NCBI GenBank assembly: GCA_003164675.1
Contig: PLTX01000103.1
Coordinates: forward strand, 37,951 to 101,950
DNA: 64,000 bases
From: Verrucomicrobiota bacterium
GTDB taxonomy: Bacteria; Verrucomicrobiota; Verrucomicrobiia; Palsa-1439
Reading direction: 5' to 3'
Made by a program: the position numbers and the translations under genes
The notes under the pieces: generated by a model
What the model was told of the DNA's origin: nothing
The model's input: the letters and a program-made list of their open reading frames with translations, nothing else
Databases searched by the model: none
Shown: positions 47,494 through 57,988 of the stretch, in pieces
Numbering within the stretch: the first letter of the stretch is position 1
Layout of the letters: the number at the start of each line of letters is the position of its first letter

Positions 47494-48300
47494 GTGCTTC
47501 TCAACCAGACGGTCCGCATCGGCCATCTGGCGCTTTTCATTGCCAGCGGCTTCGCGCAACCGCTAACATGCGCCGTGCACGCGCTCACGAATGCCGCGCC
47601 CCAAGTCGTCTTCGAAGACGAGGACGTGCTCGTGGTGGACAAACCGGGCGGGATGGTCTGCCATTCGGCGCAACGACCCGAGTACGGCTCGCTCGCGGAC
47701 TGGTTGCGCGAGCATGGTGTGCCCACGCCGCGCATGATCAACCGCCTCGACCGCGAAACCAGCGGCCTGATCGTCGTCGCGAAAAACGAGCCCGCCGCGA
47801 AGACGCTCGGGAAAGCCGTCTTGCGCCGCGAGATCGAAAAGGAGTATCGGGCGGTCTGCTGGGGCGAATTCGAGCAGGATCAGGGCGTGATCGACCAACC
47901 GATTGCGGTCAGCCAGACTTCGGTCGTGTACACCAAGCGCGTGGTGGATAGCGCCGCTGGCAAACCGAGCCGGACGGAATTCGCTGTCGAAAAGCGGTTG
48001 CGCGGGTTTACCGTCGTCCGGCTGACACCACGCACGGGCCGCGCCCATCAATTGCGCGTGCATCTGGCGTGGCTCGGTAATCCGATTGTCGGCGACAAGG
48101 TGTACGGTCCCGACGAAACGTTGTATTTGCAGTTCATCAAGGACGGAGTGACGAACGAGATGCTGGACAAACTATTGTTGCCGCGCCACGCCCTCCACGC
48201 CGAGCGGGTGTCGTTTCTTCACCCGCGCACGCGGGAGCGCGCCGCCTTCGTCGCGCCGTTGCCCGAAGACATGCGAACCTTCATCGAGGAGCGCGCGTAG
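47494..48300 (+). CDS. RluA-family pseudouridine synthase
   Basis: VFEDEDVLVVDKPGGMVCH and the catalytic motif INRLDRETSGLIVVAKN. The true start may be the GTG at 47575. Confidence 0.85.
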   Translation: MLLNQTVRIGHLALFIASGFAQPLTCAVHALTNAAPQVVFEDEDVLVVDKPGGMVCHSAQRPEYGSLADWLREHGVPTPRMINRLDRETSGLIVVAKNEPAAKTLGKAVLRREIEKEYRAVCWGEFEQDQGVIDQPIAVSQTSVVYTKRVVDSAAGKPSRTEFAVEKRLRGFTVVRLTPRTGRAHQLRVHLAWLGNPIVGDKVYGPDETLYLQFIKDGVTNEMLDKLLLPRHALHAERVSFLHPRTRERAAFVAPLPEDMRTFIEERA

Positions 48301-49557
48301 GTGGCCTCCCTGCTCGACAACAAGGGATTCCGTCGACTGTGGATCTCGCAGATCGCGCTGGCGCTGGGCGACGCCGTGATGCAGATGGGATTGCTCGAGT
48401 ACTTCCGCGCGCACGGATATAGCGAACGCACCGAGACGGCAAAAATGTTCTTCGCGGTCGCGCTGCCGGGCCTGCTGCTCGGGCCGCTGGCCATCGCTTA
48501 TGTGGACCGCTGGCAACGGCGACACGTGCTGATTGTCAGTGACGCGTCGCGGGCGGTGATTGTCGGCGTGATCGCTGCGTGGCTCTTGCCGGTGCTGTTG
48601 GGACAGGTCGCGTTCCGCAACCTGTTTGCCGTGTATCTATTGATCCTCGTGATCGGGTCGATCACGACGTTTTACTATCCGGCCCGCTACGCGCTAATCC
48701 CCAACCTCGTCGGCAACGAACGGTTGATTCAGGCCAATACATTGTTCACCACCAGCCTCGCCATCGCCGGGGTCGGCGGCCGGGCCATCGGTGGGTTCGT
48801 GGCGGAACGAATCGGCGTGGAATGGGCCATCCTCTCCAACGCGGTCGCGTACGTCGTCGCCACCGCCCTGGTCTGGCGCATTCAGATGGAACCGCATGCC
48901 ACGACCGGCGGCGCCGATGCAAAAGAATCCGGTGGTTGGGCCGACCTGAAAACCGGGCTGGTCTATATCTGGCAACACCCAAGCGCCCTGTCTCTGGCCC
49001 TGTTGTCGGCCGTGTTCGCCTTCCTGGCGGGCGTGTTCGCCGTGGAAATCGTTGGCTACACATTGGAGACGCTGGGCCTGCGGACCGGCGGGTTTGGCTA
49101 TCTGTTGGTCGCCGCCGGCGCGGGCGCGGCTCTCGGCGTCGGCATGGTCGGGCGGGGCAAACCGTGGACGAAAGCGACCTGGTTGCCATTCGTCCAATTG
49201 TTGCTCGTCGGCGCGGTGCTCATCCTGATGGGCCTGACGGCGCGCGTCTGGATCACGGTCCTGCTCCTGTTCGCGCTCGGCGCCATTGCCGCCACCATCC
49301 TGATCCCGATCGACGCCAAGCTGCAGAAAGAGGTCGATGACAAGCGGCGCGGCGCGGTGTTTGCCGCCCGCGGGATGCTCACCTCGGCAACCATGATCGT
49401 GGCCTTTTGGCTGCAATTCGGGACCAAATTGTTCCAGCGCACGCCCGCGCCCCAGATCATGTTGTGGCTCGGGTTTGGCTCGATTGCTGCAGCGGTTCTG
49501 ACCGTCGCGATGCTGCAACTGGGGCGCCGCAACCCGGGGTCGGGCAGTGTAGCTTGA
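48301..49557 (+). CDS. MFS transporter
   Basis: 418 aa with about 12 TM helices and a GTG start directly after the upstream stop. The basic loop DRWQRRHVL lies in the motif-A position. Confidence 0.8.
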   Translation: MASLLDNKGFRRLWISQIALALGDAVMQMGLLEYFRAHGYSERTETAKMFFAVALPGLLLGPLAIAYVDRWQRRHVLIVSDASRAVIVGVIAAWLLPVLLGQVAFRNLFAVYLLILVIGSITTFYYPARYALIPNLVGNERLIQANTLFTTSLAIAGVGGRAIGGFVAERIGVEWAILSNAVAYVVATALVWRIQMEPHATTGGADAKESGGWADLKTGLVYIWQHPSALSLALLSAVFAFLAGVFAVEIVGYTLETLGLRTGGFGYLLVAAGAGAALGVGMVGRGKPWTKATWLPFVQLLLVGAVLILMGLTARVWITVLLLFALGAIAATILIPIDAKLQKEVDDKRRGAVFAARGMLTSATMIVAFWLQFGTKLFQRTPAPQIMLWLGFGSIAAAVLTVAMLQLGRRNPGSGSVA

Positions 49558-49623
49558 CCGGCTTCCCGCGCGTCGGTAGAGTTTCGCCGCGGACAACCGC
49601 GGAACACGGTATCTGAGGAACGA

Positions 49624-50541
49624 ATGCTGCAATACGTACTCCGTTTCGTCGCCGGCAAGGATCAGGGAAGGGAGTTTCCCTTGCCGCAGGACCTCTACAT
49701 CGTGATCGGTCGCGTCAGCGATGTCGATGTGCTGTTGCTCGACGAAAAGGTGTCCCGCAAGCACGCGAAGATCTCGACCCACGGCGGAAAGGTCATGATC
49801 GAGGATCTCGCGTCGCGCAACGGCACGTTTGTCAACGGCGCCCGCATTCGCAGCACCGAACTGAAAGAGGGCGACCAGATCATCATCGGTTCGTCGACCA
49901 TCAAGCTGCTGTCCGTTAGTGAACTGAAACCGCGGGCCACTCCATCCGCCGCGCCCGCCGGGGCGCCGCCCCCGGACGGCCAGTCGACTGCGGGCTCCGC
50001 CCTGATCTCGGGTTCCATCCGCGAGATGCCGTTGCCCGATCTGCTCCAACTGTTCACCAACTCGCGTAAGAGCGGTGTCATGACGATCCGCTCCGACCGC
50101 GGCGTGGGCAAGGTCTACCTCCGCGAAGGTCACGTCTACCACGCCGAGATCGAGGGGAATGCCATCGTGAAATCGCGCAAGGCGTTCTATCGCATGTTCG
50201 CATGGACCGATGGCACGTTCGACCTGCGGCCGGCCGGCGATCATCGCGCGCCGGAGGAAATCACCGAGTCCACCACGTCATTGATCCTCGATGGCGTGCG
50301 CCAGTTGGATGAAATTCGCATCTTGGAACCGAAACTGCCGCGACGCGGGGCGCGACTGCATGTGGCGGAACCCCTGCCCGGCAATCTCCGCGACCTGGCA
50401 ACCGAAGAGATCCAGTTGTTCCAACTCGTGCTCCATCACGACACGATCGAGACCGCCGTCGACAATTTCCCGGGAACGGATTTCGAGGCCTACACCTGCC
50501 TCATGGACCTCCTCCGCCGCGGCTTTATCACCTCCGGCTGA
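49624..50541 (+). CDS. FHA domain plus DUF4388 (PATAN-like) protein
   Basis: FHA (IGRVSDVDVLLLDEKVSRKHAKI...DLASRNGTFVNG), a linker, then GSIREMPLPDLLQLFTNSRKSGVMTI typical of DUF4388. Confidence 0.75.
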   Translation: MLQYVLRFVAGKDQGREFPLPQDLYIVIGRVSDVDVLLLDEKVSRKHAKISTHGGKVMIEDLASRNGTFVNGARIRSTELKEGDQIIIGSSTIKLLSVSELKPRATPSAAPAGAPPPDGQSTAGSALISGSIREMPLPDLLQLFTNSRKSGVMTIRSDRGVGKVYLREGHVYHAEIEGNAIVKSRKAFYRMFAWTDGTFDLRPAGDHRAPEEITESTTSLILDGVRQLDEIRILEPKLPRRGARLHVAEPLPGNLRDLATEEIQLFQLVLHHDTIETAVDNFPGTDFEAYTCLMDLLRRGFITSG

Positions 50542-50567
50542 GCGGCCGGGATTCCACTCTTCCGAGG

Positions 50568-50846
50568 TCATTGGGCCGGATCGCCACCGTTTTGGTCACT
50601 GTCATCTCTCTTTCCTCGCCGATCCTTCGGCCCACGAAAGGCTTGGTAAAAGGCATACGCTCCGGCCGCGAGCGCTATGCACACCCCTCCATAACCTTGA
50701 ATCGGATCCATTACGCCTCTCCAATAGTAGATCACTCCGTGTCTTTTTATATCGAGGTGAAAGGAAAAAAGATATAGAAGGCCACCAACTGTGTAAAGTG
50801 TGCCGATCAGAATCCATCTCGTACGATGTTTGGCGATTGGCGACAT
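50568..50846 (-). CDS. small membrane protein
   Basis: 92-aa ORF with two hydrophobic helices and a charged tail. Confidence 0.4.
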   Translation of the reverse strand: MSPIAKHRTRWILIGTLYTVGGLLYLFSFHLDIKRHGVIYYWRGVMDPIQGYGGVCIALAAGAYAFYQAFRGPKDRRGKRDDSDQNGGDPAQ

Positions 50847-50909
50847 CGGCTTCCTTCTTTCTCCAACCGTTTTTCAAACCGTTAAACCGCCGCGACAACA
50901 GCCCTCCGG

Positions 50910-51923
50910 CTAAAACAACTCGTTTTCCTTCGTGCCGGCTTTCACACCGAGCTTTTTGTACGCCAACTCCGTCGGCACGCGACCTTGCGGGGTGCGTTTG
51001 AGGTAGCCTTCCTGGATCAAAAACGGTTCGTAGACTTCTTCGAGCGTGTCGGGTTCCTCGCCGACCGCCACCGCCAGCGAGCTGATGCCGACGGGCTTGC
51101 CGCCGAACTTGTGCACCAGCGTTTCGAGGATGCGCTTGTCCATCTCGTCGAGGCCATGTTCGTCGATATCGAGCATCGCGAGCGCCTTGTCGGCGATGTC
51201 TTCGGTGATCCGCTTCGACTTGGCCTTCACTTGCGCGTAGTCGCGGACGCGTTTGAGCAAATTGTTGGCGATCCGCGGCGTGCCGCGAGAACGTCCGGCA
51301 ATCTCGCTCGCGCCGCCCTCGTCGACATCCACGTTCAGAATGCGCGAGGAACGTTGGATGATGGAGGTCAATTCACCGGCGCTGTAATAATCGAGCCGTT
51401 CCGTGATCGGAAACCGCGACCGCAACGGCGCCGTGAGCAACCCGCTGCGCGTCGTCGCGCCGATGAGCGTGAAGTGCGGCAGGTTCAAGCGGACGCTGTG
51501 CGCGTTCGGCCCCTGGTCGATCACGATATCCAACCGGTAATCCTCCATCGCGGGATACAGGTATTCCTCGACGACTTTCTGCAGGCGATGGATCTCGTCG
51601 ATGAACAGCACGTCCCCCTTGTCGAGCTTGGTCAGCAACCCGGCGAGGTTTGCCGCCTTCTCCAGTGCGGGACCGCTGGTCACAACGATATTCACTCCCA
51701 TCGCTTTGGCGAGGATATATGCGAGTGTCGTCTTGCCGAGCCCGGGCGGGCCGCTCAGCAGAATGTGGTCGAGCGCTTCCTTGCGCTGCCGCGCGGCCTC
51801 GACGGCCAGTTCGAGGCGTTCTTTCACCTTGCCCTGACCCTGGAAATCGGTGAACAGACCGGGACGCAGCGACACATCCAGTGTCTTGTCGTGAATGGTC
51901 TCCGTGACGAACCGCTCGGCCAT
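50910..51923 (-). CDS. ruvB: Holliday junction branch-migration helicase RuvB
   Basis: [40 protein letters not shown]. Confidence 0.95.
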   Translation of the reverse strand: MAERFVTETIHDKTLDVSLRPGLFTDFQGQGKVKERLELAVEAARQRKEALDHILLSGPPGLGKTTLAYILAKAMGVNIVVTSGPALEKAANLAGLLTKLDKGDVLFIDEIHRLQKVVEEYLYPAMEDYRLDIVIDQGPNAHSVRLNLPHFTLIGATTRSGLLTAPLRSRFPITERLDYYSAGELTSIIQRSSRILNVDVDEGGASEIAGRSRGTPRIANNLLKRVRDYAQVKAKSKRITEDIADKALAMLDIDEHGLDEMDKRILETLVHKFGGKPVGISSLAVAVGEEPDTLEEVYEPFLIQEGYLKRTPQGRVPTELAYKKLGVKAGTKENELF

Positions 51924-52030
51924 GCGGGCAAGATGCGAAACGCCACTCCAAGACGCAAGACGAAAAGGCGGGGGCGAGCCGCTCGTTTCATTGTGACGGA
52001 GGCGCCAGATGGTGCTACGTTACCGCCGAT

Positions 52031-53032
52031 GTGAGATTCTCGTCCAAAAACCTGGCGGCGTTTTACTATCAGTTGGGCACGCTGGTGCAAGCGGGCGTGC
52101 CGATCCGCAGCGCGCTGCAGTCGTCGCGGAAAACCGCGCCGCGCGCGATGCGGACCGCCGTGGGTGTGTTGTCCGATTGCGTCAACGAAGGCGTGCCGGT
52201 GCACGAAGCGATGGAACGCTGCGGCCAACGGTTCGCGCCGCTCGACAAACACACCCTCGACATGAGCGGCCGCAGCGGCGCGTTGGACGTCGGGTTGTTG
52301 TCGTTGAGCAAGTACTACGAGAGCCGCGCGGCGGCGCGCAACAAACTCATCGCGGGTTCCATCTATCCGGCGTTGCTGTTGATCGTGGCGGTGTTCGGGT
52401 CTCATTTCCCGGCGTTCTTTCTCGGCGCTGCCGGCGGGAAACCGTACACCATGGCCAACTATCTGCGGGACACGGTCGGCGTTCTTGGGCTGGTGGTGCT
52501 GGCGGGCCTCATCCTCATGTGGCTGCTGCGGTGGTCGCTACGGACGCCCGGGTTGAACGTGACGGTGGACCGCCTGCTGCGGACGGTGCCGGTGCTTGGA
52601 CGACTGCGATTCGATTACGCGTTGATCCGGTGGGTGTCGTCGATTCGCTTGATGTTGCGCGCTGGGATTGGCGTCGTGCCCGCGCTCGAGTACGCCAGCC
52701 GCACGGCGGACAGTCCATTGATCGCGTATGCCTACAAAAAGGCCGCGCCGTTGATCGGCAGCGAACTCCAGGTCAGCCAGGCGCTCGCGCTGACGGACGT
52801 GTTTCCCGAGTACCTCATCCAGTTCTGGGCCACGGGCGAACAGAGTGGCCGCATGGACGAGATGCTCGAGCGGTTGGAGGCGTACTACGAGGACCGCTGG
52901 CGCCGCAGCCTCGACCAAACCGCCACCTGGCTACCGCGCATCGCCTACCTGTTCGTCGTGCTGTACGTGGCGTACACAATCCTCGGCATGTACAATTCGT
53001 ACTTCAGCCAGTATGACGAGCTTCTGAAATGA
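52031..53032 (+). CDS. type II secretion system F-family (GspF/PilC-like) membrane protein, orphan
   Basis: Two T2SSF-like halves (FYYQLGTLVQAGVPI... and ALIRWVSSIRLMLRAGIGVV...). No cognate ATPase or pilin genes are nearby. Confidence 0.65.
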   Translation: MRFSSKNLAAFYYQLGTLVQAGVPIRSALQSSRKTAPRAMRTAVGVLSDCVNEGVPVHEAMERCGQRFAPLDKHTLDMSGRSGALDVGLLSLSKYYESRAAARNKLIAGSIYPALLLIVAVFGSHFPAFFLGAAGGKPYTMANYLRDTVGVLGLVVLAGLILMWLLRWSLRTPGLNVTVDRLLRTVPVLGRLRFDYALIRWVSSIRLMLRAGIGVVPALEYASRTADSPLIAYAYKKAAPLIGSELQVSQALALTDVFPEYLIQFWATGEQSGRMDEMLERLEAYYEDRWRRSLDQTATWLPRIAYLFVVLYVAYTILGMYNSYFSQYDELLK

Positions 53033-55152
53033 CATCCCGCAAGTTATTCCTGGCCGCCGTCCTGATGCTCGGCCTGTCGGCCTGCCGAACCACCACGCCG
53101 CCGAACCAACCGCTGGCCGCGCGGCCACCCGTAGCGCGCCAGGTCGCACACGTGACCAAACTCCACGGCGAGCGGTTGGTGGATCATTACTACTGGCTGC
53201 GCGAGAAGGACAATCCCGCCGTTCTCGACTACCTGCGCGCCGAAGACGCGTACACGGACTCGTTCATGAAGCCGACGAAATCGTTGCAGGAGAAGATTTA
53301 TGGGGAAATGCTGGCACGGGTACAGGAGCCGGATGACACGGCGCCGTACCGCGACGGCGATTGGTTGTATTACCGCCGCACCGAGCCGGGGAAACAATAT
53401 CCCACGTACCTGCGCAAACGCGCGTCCACGAATGCGACGGAGGAAATCGTGCTCGACATGAACGCCATGGCCGTCGGCAAGGAGTTTCTCGACGTCGGCG
53501 TGACCGAAGTGAGCGACGATGGCAATTTACTGGCGTTCAGCACGGACGAGACCGGGTTTCGCGAATACACGCTGTATGTGAAGGATCTGCGGACGGGCGC
53601 GTTGTTGAGCGAGAAGATTCCGCGGGTCGACAGCGCCGCGTGGGCGGCGGACAACCAGACGTTGTTCTACGTGACGGAAGACGATGCGAAGCGGGCCTGG
53701 CGCGTCTGGCGGCACAAACTTGGCGAGAATACGGACACGCTGGTGTACGAGGAGCCGGACGCGTTGTTCACGGTGGAGGTTGACCGTTCGCACAGCAAAC
53801 GGTTCGTGTACGTCGCCATCGGCAGCAAGACGACGGACGAGGTCCGCTATCTGCGGGCGGATCATCCGGACGAGCCGTTGATGATTCTGACCCCGCGGGA
53901 ACAGGACCACGAATACAGCGCGGATGACGGCGGCGACCTCTTTTACATTCGCACGAACGACAAGGGGCGGAACTTCCGGCTCGTGACCGCGCCCATCGCC
54001 GATCCGCGGCATGAGAATTGGAAAGAGATTGTGCCGGTCCGCGACGACGTGTCGCTCGACGATTTCGGGGTGTTTTCGCATCAGGTCGCACTCATCGAAC
54101 GGGCGAACGGGTTGCCCCAAATCCGCGTGTACGACATCGGCACGGGCGCGTCGCATTCCATCGAGTGGCCCGAGTCAGCCTACGCGGTGGAGGCGGGTGA
54201 CAATGCTGTGTTCGACACGAATGTGCTGCGGGTCACCTACGAATCCCTGACAACACCGCATTCCGTTTACGACTACGACATGACCACACACGAGCGGAAG
54301 TTGCTGAAGCAGCAGGTCGTGAAAGGCGGATACGATCCCGACCGTTACCAGACCGAGCGGATCTTCGCCACCGCCGCCGACGGAGCCCGGATTCCCATTT
54401 CGCTCGTCTATCGGAAGGACCTCAAGCGCGCGACGGGCAATCCGTTGTGGTTGTACGGGTATGGCTCGTACGGGTTGCCCACCGATGTCTGGTTCTCGTC
54501 GGGCCGGCTGAGCCTGCTCGATCGGGGCCTGATCGTGGCGATTGCGCACGTGCGTGGCGGCGGCGAATACGGCAAGCGCTGGCACGATCAGGGGCGGATG
54601 CTGACAAAGCGCAACACTTTTACTGATTTCATCGCCTGCGCCGAGATGCTCGTGGCGCGCCACTACACCGACCCGCAACACATGGCCATCGAGGGCGGCA
54701 GCGCGGGCGGTCTGCTGGTCGGCGCCGTGCTGAATATGAGGCCACATTTGTTCAAGGCGGCGCTGCTCGAAGTGCCGTTCGTCGATGTGATCAACACGAT
54801 GCTCGACGAATCCCTGCCATTGACGGTCGGGGAATTCGAGGAATGGGGTAACCCGAAGGTCGCGGAGCAGTTCACGTACATGAAAACGTACAGTCCGTAC
54901 GACAACATCCGGCCGCAAGCGTACCCGGCGATGCTGGTGGAGTCATCGCTCAATGACAGCCAGGTGATGTACTGGGAACCCGCAAAATACGTCGCCAAAC
55001 TTCGCGCCACCAAGACCGATTCCCATCCGCTTCTGCTCAAGATGAATTTGCAGCCGTCCGGCCACAACGGCAAGAGCGGCCGCTACGACGCCCTGCGCGA
55101 TACCGCGTTCGAATACGCATTCATCCTGACGCAGTTGGGCATCGAGCAATGA
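53029..55152 (+). CDS. ptrB: S9A peptidase, oligopeptidase B-like
   Basis: Lipoprotein-like signal (LGLSAC), beta-propeller region, catalytic GGSAGGLLVG and a C-terminal His region. Confidence 0.88.
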   Translation: MTSRKLFLAAVLMLGLSACRTTTPPNQPLAARPPVARQVAHVTKLHGERLVDHYYWLREKDNPAVLDYLRAEDAYTDSFMKPTKSLQEKIYGEMLARVQEPDDTAPYRDGDWLYYRRTEPGKQYPTYLRKRASTNATEEIVLDMNAMAVGKEFLDVGVTEVSDDGNLLAFSTDETGFREYTLYVKDLRTGALLSEKIPRVDSAAWAADNQTLFYVTEDDAKRAWRVWRHKLGENTDTLVYEEPDALFTVEVDRSHSKRFVYVAIGSKTTDEVRYLRADHPDEPLMILTPREQDHEYSADDGGDLFYIRTNDKGRNFRLVTAPIADPRHENWKEIVPVRDDVSLDDFGVFSHQVALIERANGLPQIRVYDIGTGASHSIEWPESAYAVEAGDNAVFDTNVLRVTYESLTTPHSVYDYDMTTHERKLLKQQVVKGGYDPDRYQTERIFATAADGARIPISLVYRKDLKRATGNPLWLYGYGSYGLPTDVWFSSGRLSLLDRGLIVAIAHVRGGGEYGKRWHDQGRMLTKRNTFTDFIACAEMLVARHYTDPQHMAIEGGSAGGLLVGAVLNMRPHLFKAALLEVPFVDVINTMLDESLPLTVGEFEEWGNPKVAEQFTYMKTYSPYDNIRPQAYPAMLVESSLNDSQVMYWEPAKYVAKLRATKTDSHPLLLKMNLQPSGHNGKSGRYDALRDTAFEYAFILTQLGIEQ

Positions 55153-55155
55153 CCC

Positions 55156-55755
55156 TTACGCGGTTCGTAGCGCGGTTCGGACGATTTCTTCGACGGTCGC
55201 CTTGGGCCCGGCTGTCCCGGCCGCGATGAGGACCGCCTTGTGGGCGTCGACCTGTTTGTAGCCGAGCGAGACGAGGGCCAGGACGGCATCGGTGAGCTTT
55301 TGTTCTTCGGGCGTAGCAGCGCGGCCCTTCGTCTCGAACGCCGCCGCCCCGCCGATCTTGTCCTTCAACTCGACCACCAGGCGCTCGGCGGTCTTCTTGC
55401 CAATGCCGCGCAGGGTGGAAAGTGTCTTGGTGTCGCTGCTGGCAATCGCGCCGCGCAGCGCCGAGATCGACGTGCTGCTGAGAATGTTGATGGCGAGTTT
55501 CGGGCCGATCCCGCTGATGCTGATCAGCAGCAAAAACATCTCACGCTCGTCGGGCGTAACGAACCCGAATAACTGCTGTGTACCATCCTGGGAAACAACG
55601 TGGTGATACGTGAGTAATTTCACTTCCGCGCCCCGGGGCGGCAGCTTGTCGTAGCTCGACAGCGGGATGAACACGAAATAGCCCACGCCGCCGCAGTCCA
55701 CGACCACATGGGTCGGCGCGGAGTCCGCGAGCTTGCCGTGGAGGTACGCGATCAT
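55156..55755 (-). CDS. ruvA: Holliday junction DNA-binding protein RuvA
   Basis: MIAYLHGKL...VVVDCGGVGYFV; HhH motifs ISGIGPKLA and LRGIGKKTAERL. Confidence 0.93.
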   Translation of the reverse strand: MIAYLHGKLADSAPTHVVVDCGGVGYFVFIPLSSYDKLPPRGAEVKLLTYHHVVSQDGTQQLFGFVTPDEREMFLLLISISGIGPKLAINILSSTSISALRGAIASSDTKTLSTLRGIGKKTAERLVVELKDKIGGAAAFETKGRAATPEEQKLTDAVLALVSLGYKQVDAHKAVLIAAGTAGPKATVEEIVRTALRTA

Positions 55756-55808
55756 CGGCGGTCAGTGTAACCGCGAATACACACGAATCAACGCGAATTG
55801 AACGTCCT

Positions 55809-56306
55809 CTAAATCTGTCTCGGCGGTTTGATTTGCACACCGCGGCAATTGTGGGCGTGGCAGATGGCGAGGGCGAGGGCGTCGCCGGCGTCGGCTTGGG
55901 GAATCTCCGGGAGCCCGAGCATCGCCTTGACCATGTTGCCGACCTGTGTTTTGCCGGCGCCGCCGAGGCCGGTGACCGCCTGCTTCACTTTGCGCGGGGC
56001 GTACTCGTAGATCGGGAGATTGTGCCTTGCGGCCACGGCGATGACGACGCCACGCACCTGGCCGAGCGTGAATGCGATGCGCGTGTTCTGGACGTAGACC
56101 AACCCCTCGATCGCCACCGCGTCGGGTTGGTGGTCCTCGACGAGTACCTCGACCGCGTCGCCGATCCGCACCAGGCAACGGGACGGAAGAACGCTCGGCG
56201 GGTTCTGGATGCGCCCATGACAAAGCGCGGACATCTGGTTGCCGCGAACTTCGACGACGCCGAAGCCGGTGCTGCGGAGGCTGGCGTCAATGCCGAGAAT
56301 AATCAT
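55809..56306 (-). CDS. ruvC: crossover junction endodeoxyribonuclease RuvC
   Basis: MIILGIDASLRSTGFGVV..., and DAGDALALAICHA at the C-terminus. The start is taken at the ATG at 56306. Confidence 0.92.
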   Translation of the reverse strand: MIILGIDASLRSTGFGVVEVRGNQMSALCHGRIQNPPSVLPSRCLVRIGDAVEVLVEDHQPDAVAIEGLVYVQNTRIAFTLGQVRGVVIAVAARHNLPIYEYAPRKVKQAVTGLGGAGKTQVGNMVKAMLGLPEIPQADAGDALALAICHAHNCRGVQIKPPRQI

Positions 56307-56339
56307 CTTACAAACGGCGGTCATAGACCGCCGCTACAG

Positions 56340-57101
56340 TTATGGGGTGGCGGCGGTCACCCGCTCCATAATGTCGTCGGGGATGTCGTAGTTGGAATAG
56401 ACGTTCTGGACGTCGTCGTTGTCTTCGAGCGCGTCGATCAGCGACAGCACCACGCGGGCGGTCTTTTCGTCCGTGACGGGCACCGGTGTGAGCGGCAACT
56501 GCGCGATCTCGGCCAACTGCGGCTTGATGTTTTTCGCCTCGAGCGCCTTGTGGACGGCCTCGAATTGATGCGGGTCGGTCAGGATTTCATACGTGTCGGG
56601 ATGCGCGATCATGTCTTCGGCCCCCGCGTCGAGGGCGAGACTCATGAGGTCGTCCTCCGAAATCTGTTCTTTCGGAACCACGATCTGGCCCTTGCGATGA
56701 AACAGGTGCTTGACGGCTCCCACACCGGCCATGTTGCCGCCGTGCTTGGTGAAGATCATCCGAATCTCGGAAGCCGTGCGGTTCTTGCTGTCGGTGAGCA
56801 ACTCCACCAGAAGGGCGACGCCGCCGTGCGCGTAGCCTTCATAGGTGATTTCTTCATACATGACGCCGGGGAGTTCGCCCGTGCCCTTCTTGATGGCGCG
56901 GTCGATATTGTCGGCGGGCATGTTGACGGCGCGGGCTTTCATCAGGATGGTCCGCAGCCGGGGATTGAAGCCGGGGTCGCCACCGCCGTGTTTGGCGGCC
57001 ACGCTCATTTCCTTGCCGAGCTTGGCGAAGACCTTCCCGCGTTTGGAGTCAACCACGCCCTTGGTGTGCTTGATCTTCGACCACTTGGAATGACCTGACA
57101 T
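56340..57101 (-). CDS. yebC: YebC/PmpR-family transcriptional regulator
   Basis: MSGHSKWSKIKHTKG...KRGKVFAKL, a canonical N-terminus. Confidence 0.93.
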   Translation of the reverse strand: MSGHSKWSKIKHTKGVVDSKRGKVFAKLGKEMSVAAKHGGGDPGFNPRLRTILMKARAVNMPADNIDRAIKKGTGELPGVMYEEITYEGYAHGGVALLVELLTDSKNRTASEIRMIFTKHGGNMAGVGAVKHLFHRKGQIVVPKEQISEDDLMSLALDAGAEDMIAHPDTYEILTDPHQFEAVHKALEAKNIKPQLAEIAQLPLTPVPVTDEKTARVVLSLIDALEDNDDVQNVYSNYDIPDDIMERVTAATP

Positions 57102-57189
57102 GGTGGAGAAATCTTAGCTTGCTGACGGCCGGTTTTCCATATAATTTATGCTTGTTTTGACGGTCGTGCAGAAGCACGACCCTCCGTGT

Positions 57190-57274
57190 GCGCGGGTGGT
57201 GGAATTGGCAGACACGTACGTTTGAGGGGCGTATGGCGAAAGCCGTGCAGGTTCAAGTCCTGTCCCGCGCACCA
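57190..57274 (+). tRNA. tRNA-Leu (anticodon GAG), CCA encoded
   Basis: Acceptor stem GCGCGGG/CCCGCGC. Anticodon stem TACGT/GCGTA with loop TTGAGGG (anticodon GAG). Long variable arm TGGCGAAAGCCGTG. T-arm CAGG-TTCAAGT-CCTG. 3' ACCA. Confidence 0.9.
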
Positions 57275-57550
57275 CTTCAAAAACACTAATAAAATCAGGT
57301 GTTTTTCACTACTCACCGCCCAAAAACCCGCCCGCATAAAGGTTTCGCATAAAACGTCCGTCCGCGTCCGCCTGTGTCGAGAAGTCGATTTAAGGTCATG
57401 ATTCGACTACGGGACAGAAGGCAGAGAAAAAGGGGAAGGCTCGGCTGGTGATCGCGGCCTACGGGGTCAACGTGGCTATCAGGCGGGGCATTGTGGCGGC
57501 TCTGGTGTTCTCATGGCAGCGGTCGCGTGAACGTCGCCGATGCGCTGACA

Positions 57551-57988
57551 CTACCGAAAAATGGCATACCACCCATAGAAAATCAACCCGAATACGAAAC
57601 CAACTGCCGCGGAGCAAACCACAAATTGCCAGGTGAGGCGGAAAACATCGTCCCAAGTCAGTCGTATTGACGTTATGTGAACGTCTTGGGGGACGAGCAG
57701 GCTGTAGTTTTTGGGTGTAGGTGCTTTCGTGGCGGGAGTTTCGTGAGAGGGTACAGTGAGAGGCTGCCCGCACTTTGGGCACTCTGCGCGAAGTCCAGCG
57801 CACACCGCATCAATCGCGATACTCTGCCCACACTGGTCGCAGTAGAACGTAATGTCCGTGCCCGTCGCCGCTTTGGGCACCGTGGAAGTTCCTCCACAGT
57901 TCGGACAATGCATAGTGACCTTGCCCGCCGAGTTTTGGTCAACTCCGAAGCTGTGGCCGCAACTGTTGCAACGGAAGCGGATGTCCAT
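57551..57988 (-). CDS. double zinc-ribbon protein with C-terminal TM anchor
   Basis: ATG at 57988 behind a GGAGGAGAGGAG RBS. MDIRFRCNSCGHSFGVDQNSAGKVTMHCPNCGGTSTVP and ITFYCDQCGQSIAIDAVCAGLRAECPKCGQPLTVP. Hydrophobic tail. Confidence 0.7.
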   Translation of the reverse strand: MDIRFRCNSCGHSFGVDQNSAGKVTMHCPNCGGTSTVPKAATGTDITFYCDQCGQSIAIDAVCAGLRAECPKCGQPLTVPSHETPATKAPTPKNYSLLVPQDVHITSIRLTWDDVFRLTWQFVVCSAAVGFVFGLIFYGWYAIFR

